DNA of 9,916 bases from NCBI RefSeq assembly GCF_006345805.1, contig NW_021827795.1, forward strand, positions 1 through 9,916. Direction: 5' to 3'. Below are positions 1 to 6,864 of this stretch, piece after piece. The notes under the pieces are model-generated. The model ran no database searches, was not told the origin of the DNA, and saw only the letters and a program-made list of their open reading frames with translations. A program made the translations under genes and the position numbers. Source of the DNA: Octopus sinensis (taxonomy: Eukaryota). How positions within the stretch are numbered: the stretch's first letter is position 1; each line of letters opens with the position of its first letter.

Positions 1-303
1 TAGAAAAACTTGGAAATTTATACGGAAAGAGAAACGAAGTGTAAGTGATTTGATAGGCTAGAAGCGAAAGAAACGGAGGGAAATAAGAAAATAAAGGAGA
101 CGACGAGGAGAATGAGACGAAGAAAGGAATCAGAGAACATCGTGAAACTCGTACGACGACATCCATGTGTGTGTGTGTGTGTATTTAATTATATTATACA
201 TATATGTTTGTATGCGCAAACATTTATGAACACTCATACACGGGCATATATTTTGTATATTTGTATATCCGTGAGTGTGTGTACAATTAATATATATTAA
301 GTA

Positions 304-326
304 CTATATATATGCATATATATATA

Positions 327-365
<39 letters not shown>
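304..365. repeat. (AT)n microsatellite, left flank of the 479-bp array
   Basis: Directly visible TA run with few interruptions. Confidence 0.95.
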
Positions 366-366
<1 letters not shown>

Positions 367-370
<4 letters not shown>

Positions 371-1074
371 TTAGCAATTAAGGACAACTACTAATAAGGA
401 AAACTTAACAAGAAATTGTCAGGTAGATAGCGTAAAAACCTCATACGAGAAAAAATTTCGAAAATAATTATTTCTTATTGAACATATTAATTATATATAG
501 AGGGCATTATACATACATGCCAGGAGGCATTCTACATACACGCCATACGCTAAGAGGGACAATCAGTCATTTCTACCAAAAATATTACTAATCCCACCGA
601 ATGCAATTTTTCAAAGAAAGACATTTAAAAATATATAGACCTGTATCACAGTGATTTCATACTTACGTAATCATCAGCAGGCCTGAATATACTATAAATA
701 AACAACGACCCCGCTTCGCTTAAGCCGATCAGCTAACTGATCAACATCAACGAAGCACATGGGTGGGTTATATATACTATATCCGGATGAATGGCAAAAT
801 TTTACGAATTGCATTTCGGGAGAGGAAAAGTTTTTTCGGAATAAAAATTTAGCAATTAAGGACAACTACTTAATAAGGAAAACTTAACAAGAATTGTCAG
901 GTAGATAGCGTAAAAACCTCATACGAGAAAAAATTTCGAAAATAATTATTTCTTATTGAACATATTATTATATATAGAGGGCATTATACATACATGCCAG
1001 GAGGCGGCATTCTACATACACGCCATACGCTAAGAGGGACAATCAGTCATTTTACCAAAAATATGACTAATCCC
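367..1074 (-). repeat. Left block of the array (~1.5 units, ribozyme sense on minus strand)
   Basis: Direct repeat with a 478-bp period, reverse complement of the right block. Confidence 0.93.
637..684 (-). ncRNA. Type I hammerhead ribozyme, copy 1
   Basis: Reverse complement is identical to 1411-1458: AGGCCTG-CTGATGA-TTAC GTAA GTAT-GAAA-TCAC T GTGA-TA-CAGGTCT. Confidence 0.8.
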
Positions 1075-1410
1075 CTGTAGGTAGAATGCTCCTGGCATGT
1101 ATGTATAATGCCCTCTATATATAAATAATATGTTCAATAAGAAATAATTATTTTCGAAATTTTTTCTCGTATGAGGTTTTTACGCTATCTACCTGACAAT
1201 TTCTTGTTAAGTTTTCCTTATTAAGTAGTTGTCCTTAATTGCTAAATTTTTATTCCGAAAAAACTTTTCCTCTCCCGAAATGCAATTCGTAAAAGTTTGC
1301 CATTCATCCGGATATAGTATATATAAACCCACCCATGTGCTTCGTTGATGTTGATCAGTTAGCTGATCGGCTTAAGCGAAGCGGGGTCGTTGTTTATTTA
1401 TAGTATATTC

Positions 1411-1458
1411 AGGCCTGCTGATGATTACGTAAGTATGAAATCACTGTGATACAGGTCT
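1411..1458 (+). ncRNA. Type I hammerhead ribozyme, copy 2 (predicted cut after A1451, AUA triplet)
   Basis: Stem I is AGGCCUG(1411-17)/CAGGUCU(1452-58), 7 bp with one G.U, extendable past a UC bulge (1402-08/1459-65). Core CUGAUGA is at 1418-24. Stem II is UAC/GUA with a GUAA tetraloop. GAAA is at 1437-40. Stem III is AUCA(C)/(G)UGAU, followed by A17. Order and pairing match the established hammerhead consensus except a U.U at the base of stem II. Confidence 0.82.
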
Positions 1459-1889
1459 ATATATTTTTAAATGTCTTTCTTTGAAAAATTGCATTCGGTG
1501 GGATTAGTAATATTTTTGGTAGAAATGACTGATTGTCCCTCTTAGCGTATGGCGTGTATGTAGAATGCCTCCTGGCATGTATGTATAATGCCCTCTATAT
1601 ATAAATTAATATGTTCAATAAGAAATAATTATTTTCGAAATTTTTTCTCGTATGAGGTTTTTACGCTATCTACCTGACAATTTCTTGTTAAGTTTTCCTT
1701 ATTAAGTAGTTGTCCTTAATTGCTAAATTTTTATTCCGAAAAAACTTTTCCTCTCCCGAAATGCAATTCGTAAAAGTTTGCCATTCATCCGGATATAGTA
1801 TATATAAACCACCATGTGCTTCGTTGATGTTGATCAGTTAGCTGATCGGCTTAAGCGAAGCGGGGTCGTTGTTTATTTATAGTATATTC

Positions 1890-1937
1890 AGGCCTGCTGA
1901 TGATTACGTAAGTATGAAATCACTGTGATACAGGTCT
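1890..1937 (+). ncRNA. Type I hammerhead ribozyme, copy 3 (predicted cut after A1930)
   Basis: Identical to copy 2, offset by 479 bp. Confidence 0.82.
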
Positions 1938-2084
1938 ATATATTTTTAAATGTCTTTCTTTGAAAAATTGCATTCGGTGGGATTAGTAATATTTTTGGTA
2001 GAATGACTGATTGTCCCTCTTAGCGTATGGCGTGTATGTAGAATGCCTCCTGGCATGTATGTATAATGCCCTCTATATATAAAT

Positions 2085-2122
2085 ATATATATATATATAT
2101 ATGCATATATATATATGTATAT

Positions 2123-2157
<35 letters not shown>

Positions 2158-2192
2158 GCATATATATATAGATATAATACTATATATGTGTA

Positions 2193-2235
<43 letters not shown>

Positions 2236-2243
2236 ATATATAT
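2085..2243. repeat. (AT)n microsatellite, right flank of the array
   Basis: Directly visible interrupted TA run. Confidence 0.95.
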
Positions 2244-2740
2244 AATGCATGTGTGTTGTGTGTAGTAAATTGTGTAATTACGAACAGGGTAAGAGCACGC
2301 AATATACGAGAAAGAGTGCATTATTTATTGTATTATAATAGTTGTAGTTACTTTATTGCTTTACGAGTTTATGATTCATGTCTCGAGATAAATCTCTGCT
2401 CACATTAATTATAAGCTCATGAAATTTTCCGTGTGTTACTATGTTACGCAATATTAACTTTTGCTAGCATCTGTTCGCAGAGAATATAGTGTAAGTATTC
2501 CTAACTTTTGGATTCTATGAAGTTGGTTAACTTCTTTAGGTCAGATATTTACATTTTCAATGATGAAGTTTTATAAAGTTACAAAATTCCAATACTATTC
2601 ACCTCAATGCAGCAAATTTGCTTCACCTGGTGGCCATGTTTCTTTAGGTGCTAAAAGGAAATACCCTGAAATGTTTGCATTTCTTGAAAATCTCGGCTCT
2701 AAAGTTTAAATAGTCATGATATTTATAATGGTATTTGTAA

Positions 2741-2800
2741 ATTATTTACATTATTTACACTATTTACATTTGAAGATATTTGTCCTCACCTTGTTTGTTG
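2741..2800 (-). mobile_element. Inverted copy of the Penelope-like element terminal tail
   Basis: Reverse complement caacaaacaaggtgaggacaaatatcttcaaatgtaaatagtgtaaataatgtaaataat aligns by eye with 5783-5827 caacaaacaaggcaaagacaaatatccgtcaaatgtaaataatgt. Confidence 0.75.
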
Positions 2801-3009
2801 ATATAGTTGATCATGTATAGGAAAATGGAGACCACCTCCCCCTGTGGGATGAAGTTAAAATAATAGACAGAGAACACCGCTGGAAAATACGAAAACTAAA
2901 AGGAGCACTACATATGCTAGGACACAAAAACCTCCTAAGCAGACCGAGTGCAGATATGAGCAGCATATGGGAACTAGTATTCCGAGTTCGATTCCAGGCA
3001 GTGACCTGG
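2800..3009 (+). mobile_element. Penelope-like retroelement fragment: GIY-YIG endonuclease C-terminus (degenerate) plus start of the 3' region
   Basis: The frame from 2800 reads DIVDHV*ENGDHLPLWDEVKIIDREHRWKIRKLKGALHMLGHKNLLSRPSADMSSIWE. This fits the PLE GIY-YIG C-terminal pattern (H..W..V.I...E....R..KE...I...N....W). There is an in-frame TAG at 2818-20, and the conserved Glu reads as G. Confidence 0.75.
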
Positions 3010-3020
3010 ATAATAATAAA

Positions 3021-3097
<77 letters not shown>
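3010..3097 (+). repeat. (AAT)n microsatellite
   Basis: Directly visible. Confidence 0.97.
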
Positions 3098-3099
<2 letters not shown>

Positions 3100-3264
3100 T
3101 ACAGAAAATTGCACTACTAGGCACTGCACACATCCTACGCAGAACACTTTCCATACAATAACCATCAGAGCATCACAGCAAATCACAGCACATACCCAAG
3201 GCATACAGAGCTGCGCTCGGTAGTGAAGTGAAAGCACGCTATAGAAATAAAAATAAAACTACTG
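3096..3264 (+). mobile_element. 5'-truncated R4/Dong-like (RLE-class) non-LTR retrotransposon 3' end, copy A
   Basis: NIQKIALLGTAHILRRTLSIQ* (stop 3159-61) is the typical C-terminus of R4/Dong-type ORFs. About 100 bp of 3' UTR follows, ending actactg, then (AAT)n. Confidence 0.85.
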
Positions 3265-3285
3265 AATAATATAATAATAATAATA

Positions 3286-3348
<63 letters not shown>
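3265..3348 (+). repeat. (AAT)n microsatellite
   Basis: Directly visible. Confidence 0.97.
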
Positions 3349-4160
3349 TATCTGCCAAGAAAAGAGGGAGGCCGTGGACTTTTACAACTGGCAATAACAA
3401 TGAAGATTGCTACAATTGGCCTAGACACCTACCTGAAAAACTCTGAGGACTGGATGTTAAAACTTGTCTCAAAACATGACAACAAAAAAGCATCATACTC
3501 AGTAACAAAACAGGCAAAGGAATATCTAAGTGAATTCCGAATACAACAAATTTCGGAATTAGACATACAAGAAACAAGCACAGAAAAAGCTAAGCGCATG
3601 AAAACCCGTGCAAAAACTGAATGATATTCTGAATGATAAATGGCAAGAAAAACCTCTCTATGGCAAATACCCAAAGAGAGCGAATAATGCAGATGTTGAC
3701 AAAGCCCTGACCCATCAATGGCTAATGGCCTCTGGCTTAAAATCTGAAACAGAAGGGTTTATCATAGCAGCTCAAGATCAATGCCTACCAACAAGGAACT
3801 ACCAGGCCAACATATTAAAGAACGGCTGTAGGCCAACATGTTATGTATGTCAACAACAAAATGAAACCATTGATCATGTTGTCTCCAAGTGCAGTCTTCT
3901 AGCGCCTACAGAGTATCTCAACAGGCATGATAGTGCTGCACAATATATTCACTGGGTAATCTGCAAAAACCTGGATTTGCTCCATGAAAAAAACTGGTGG
4001 GAACGCAAACCACCTCCAGTGCTTGAAAATGACCACATCTCACAAAATATATGGCACACTAGGCATAACAACAATACGAACTTCCTACCTGCTGTCTCTT
4101 GAGGTCTCTGGGTGAGACTTGGAGCCAGCTTGTACAAATATAAGCAAAAGTCAAACATAG
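3349..4160 (+). mobile_element. R4/Dong-like non-LTR retrotransposon fragment B (post-RT linker and CCHC zinc knuckle; frameshifted, internally deleted)
   Basis: Starts with YLPRKEGGRGL (from 3349). A frameshift near 3610-3620 leads to W..KPLYG.Y, WL..GLKSETEGFIIAAQDQ.L.TR.Y, C-X2-C-X8-H-X4-C (3839-3892) and RHD, all established R4/R2-group motifs. Similarity stops after ENDHIS (~4042). A different 3' tail ends gtcaaacatag before (AAT)n. Confidence 0.88.
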
Positions 4161-4170
4161 AATAATAATA

Positions 4171-4203
<33 letters not shown>

Positions 4204-4225
4204 TAATAAATAATAATAATAATAA
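4161..4225 (+). repeat. (AAT)n microsatellite
   Basis: Directly visible, with AAAT interruptions. Confidence 0.95.
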
Positions 4226-4397
4226 CAAACACATATAACATACAGAAAATTGCACTACTAGGCACTGCACACATCCTACGCAGAACACTTTCATACAATA
4301 ACCATCAGAGCATCACAACAAATCACAGCACATACCAAGGCACACAGAGCTGTGCTCGGTAGTGAAGTGAAAGCACGCTATAAAAATAAAACTACTG
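4226..4397 (+). mobile_element. 5'-truncated R4/Dong-like 3' end, copy C (same family as A)
   Basis: TYNIQKIALLGTAHILRRT and a 3' UTR nearly identical to 3096-3264. It extends a few codons further 5' than copy A. Confidence 0.85.
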
Positions 4398-4455
4398 AAT
4401 AATATAATAATAATAATAATAAATAATAATAAATAATAATAATAATAATAATAAT
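4398..4455 (+). repeat. (AAT)n microsatellite
   Basis: Directly visible. Confidence 0.95.
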
Positions 4456-5003
4456 ATGCAGTACCAGGCAGAGGCTCTCATGGCTTCTGATCTTAACTGA
4501 TTGGAAGTGTTATCATGTACATTGTTTTGTCTTGGTATAAAAGATGGGCTACAGCAAATATTCTGCTCAATACCACAGATTTGCTTGTCAGTTGTTTGAC
4601 TTTAACCAGTTGAGCATGTCCCTTAGTGGCTGACGATATGTGCATCTCTGATCACGAGCAGAAGTAGTGGGGGAGCATCATAGCCATGTGTTGAGAGGGA
4701 TTCTTTTGGGTTTGAATAATTCACATCTGGAAACATGGGTGGTTCTTTCAACATTCTTAAACAACCCTTATTCAGGGACCTTTTGAGCGGGATGGGCTAC
4801 TCAACCTGAAGAAAATTCTAACTGGGCCCCACCTGCAAGGTCATGTGCTGTTTATCTTGATATGAGATCACCATGTCGCGCACATATGGTTGTGATGCAT
4901 GTGCCTGGTGTACCTTTATCAGACGGGTAGTCATGATGGGTATATTGGGCTTCGTATATTTTACCCCAATGTCACTTTGATGGCATGCGCTGCTCTCTCA
5001 CTC
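4456..5003. mobile_element. ~550-bp unclassified non-coding interspersed element, copy D1
   Basis: Runs from atgcagtacc to ctctcactc with (AAT)n on both sides. A second, diverged copy follows at 5031-5564. No recognisable ORF. Orientation not determined. Confidence 0.7.
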
Positions 5004-5030
5004 AATAATAATAATAATAATAATAATAAT

Positions 5031-5564
5031 ATGCAGTACCAGGCAGTGGCTCTCATGGCTTCTGATCTTAACTGAATGGAAGTCTTATCATGTACATTGT
5101 TTTGTCTTAGTATAAAAGATGGGCTACAGCAAATGTTCTGCTCAATACCACATATTTGCTCGTCAGTTGTTTGACCTTAACCAGTTGAGCATGTCCCTTA
5201 GTGGCTGACGATATGTGCATCTCTGATCATGAGCAGAAGTAGTGGGAGAGCATCATAGCCATGTGTTGAGAAGGATTCTTTGGGGTTTGAATAATTCACC
5301 TCTGGAAACATGGGTGTTTCATTCAACGTCCTTAAACAACCTTTTGAGCGGGATGGGTTACTCGATCTGAAGAAAATTCTAACTGGGCTCCACCTGCAAG
5401 GTCATGTGCTGTTTATCTTGATATGAGATCACCATGTCGCGCACATATGGTCGTGATGCATGTGCCTGGTGTGCCCTTATCAGACGGGTAGTCATGATGG
5501 GTATACTGGGCTTCGTATATTTTACCCCAGTGTCACTTTGATGGCATGCTCTGCTCGCTCACTC
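5031..5564. mobile_element. ~535-bp unclassified element, copy D2
   Basis: Same termini as D1, scattered substitutions, and a ~15-bp deletion (D1 acccttattcaggga region) near 5340. Separated from D1 by (AAT)n at 5004-5030. Confidence 0.7.
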
Positions 5565-5646
<82 letters not shown>

Positions 5647-5686
5647 CAACAATAATAATAATAACAACAGCAATAACAACAACAAC
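5565..5686 (+). repeat. (AAT)n grading into (AAC)n microsatellite
   Basis: Directly visible. Confidence 0.95.
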
Positions 5687-5827
5687 ATCGAAAAATACCT
5701 TAGGAATGAGAATCCAGGTTCGAAATTTCCCCAAGACACCTGATGAAGGCCGGAGGGTATATCAGCCGAAACGTTGTGTTAACAACAAACAAGGCAAAGA
5801 CAAATATCCGTCAAATGTAAATAATGT
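5687..5827 (+). mobile_element. Penelope-like element 3' terminal (pseudo-LTR) segment
   Basis: Contains a minimal hammerhead of the PLE type. Its tail matches the inverted piece fused to the GIY-YIG fragment at 2741-2800. Confidence 0.7.
5735..5780 (+). ncRNA. Minimal type I hammerhead ribozyme (PLE type), predicted cut after U5775
   Basis: Stem I is GACAC(5735-39)/GUGUU(5776-80). Core CUGAUGA is at 5740-46, with an extra A. Stem II is GGC.G/C.GCC with one mismatch. GAAA is at 5768-71. Stem III is the loopless palindrome ACGU, with triplet GUU. Confidence 0.65.
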
Positions 5828-6049
5828 TTGTTTGTATTTTAATAATTTATATATGCGAGTGTCTGCGTTTACACATAACCACATACATGCACTCACACAC
5901 ACGCATACGCATACAAATATATGCACACCAGAAGATGGGGGAAACGCACAATAACATTGAAACAATTGTTGTAATCTTTTTAGAATTAAAAGCGGAAACA
6001 AGTGTAAACTTTCCTTTAGATATATTAAATATTATCTTGCCTTATATGT

Positions 6050-6316
6050 GGAGGCACATGGCCTAGTGATTAGAGCAGCGGTCTCATGGCCGAGGGATCG
6101 TGATTTCGAATCTCAGACAGGGCGATGTGTGTGTTTAGGAGCGAAACACCTAGGCTCCACGCGGCTCGGCAATAGGTAATGGTGAACTTCTGCTGACTCT
6201 TTCGCCACATTTTACAGCTCAACTGGGACGGACCGGCGTTCCGTCCAGGCGGGGAACCTATACGCTAAGGAAACCGGCCCTTATGAGCTAGGCATGGCTC
6301 GAGAAGGAACAAACAA
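6050..6316 (+). mobile_element. tRNA-derived SINE
   Basis: A-box-like TGGCCTAGTGA at 6059-69 and B-box-like GATTTCGAATCT at 6102-13, with tRNA spacing. A non-tRNA body and a tail ending gaaggaacaaacaa follow. Confidence 0.75.
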
Positions 6317-6379
6317 TATATTTGAAAAGTATATCGATATAATTTTTTGTGGTGCACCTGAGCACTGTATACAATAATT

Positions 6380-6381
<2 letters not shown>

Positions 6382-6437
<56 letters not shown>
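6382..6437 (-). repeat. (ATT)n microsatellite, followed by a (TG)n-type tract to ~6487
   Basis: Directly visible. Confidence 0.97.
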
Positions 6438-6710
6438 GTGCGTGTGTGTATGTGTATGTGTGTGTGTGTGTGTGCGTGCGTGAGTGTGGAAACAGGCTCA
6501 GATACACACGTAGCTACATGCACACCAACGCGCACATACGTGCATACGTATTTTTATATTTTTCAGTTTCTTCCACGAGTTGCAAGTATGTTAGGAGACA
6601 GTCTTGAAAATAACGCTATATTTAATAACTCCCCAGTGGGAAGCGTACTTCACATATTCCGTTAATGAGATAGAGTGGGTCGCATCACTTTACAAGCAGC
6701 ACACAGCATA

Positions 6711-6748
6711 GATATATATACCTGTATATTCATACATACATACATACA

Positions 6749-6779
<31 letters not shown>

Positions 6780-6797
6780 ACATATATATTATATATA

Positions 6798-6864
<67 letters not shown>

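Larger units (their letters stand above)
367..2084. mobile_element. Tandem ~479-bp hammerhead-containing repeat array (retrozyme-like), ~3.6 units in a fold-back arrangement
   Basis: 'ttagcaattaagg' recurs at 371 and 849 (period 478). 'gtagaatg' recurs at 1081, 1560 and 2038 (periods 479 and 478). The block from 1081 is the reverse complement of the 367-1015 block. Each full unit contains a hammerhead fold. The ORF track shows no ORF of 60 aa or more on the ribozyme-sense strand of the unit. Confidence 0.8.
1076..2084 (+). repeat. Right block of the array (~2.1 units, ribozyme sense on plus strand)
   Basis: Units 1081-1559 and 1560-2037, plus a partial unit 2038-2084. Confidence 0.93.

Noticed and set aside
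112-300. 62-aa ORF
   Set aside because: Built from purine-rich and TG/TA low-complexity sequence, with no recognisable motif.
367-1074. Second ribozyme on the opposite polarity of the unit (ambisense viroid-like or obelisk-like element)
   Set aside because: The antisense strand has only CTGAATA and CTGATCA, not CUGANGA with flanking stems. I saw no hairpin, twister or HDV motif by eye and no long ORF. A covariance-model search would be needed to exclude it fully.
367-2084. CRISPR array or plain satellite interpretation of the tandem repeats
   Set aside because: The units are ~479 bp and near-identical throughout with no unique spacers, in a eukaryotic context with no cas genes. The ribozyme fold argues against a featureless satellite.
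1946-2161. 71-aa minus-strand ORF
   Set aside because: Half is (AT)n-derived IY repeats and the rest is antisense to the repeat unit.
2560-2709. 49-aa open frame (MMKFYKV...LENLGSKV) and nearby splice-like signals (ttttgctag at ~2461-69, gtaagt at ~2490)
   Set aside because: Short, with no recognisable homology. Such signals are expected by chance in AT-rich DNA. It would need RNA-seq support.
2984-2995. B-box-like GAGTTCGATTCC, possible tRNA
   Set aside because: No A box at a suitable distance and no cloverleaf. It lies within the PLE fragment.
3349-4102. Functional protein-coding gene
   Set aside because: 5'-truncated, frameshifted and lacking both RT and nuclease cores, so it is a retrotransposon relic.
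4630-4700. CTGACGA (also at 5205) and CTGAAGA (~4807) as hammerhead cores in element D
   Set aside because: No properly placed GAAA, no closing stem II, and no NUH adjoining a stem I partner.
5460-5954. 164-aa ORF
   Set aside because: Read-through of element D2, (AAT/AAC)n and the PLE terminus. The poly-N/I/T tracts are microsatellite artefacts.
6050-6125. Genuine tRNA gene
   Set aside because: The acceptor and T stems are poorly paired, the B box is degenerate, and it continues into a SINE body.
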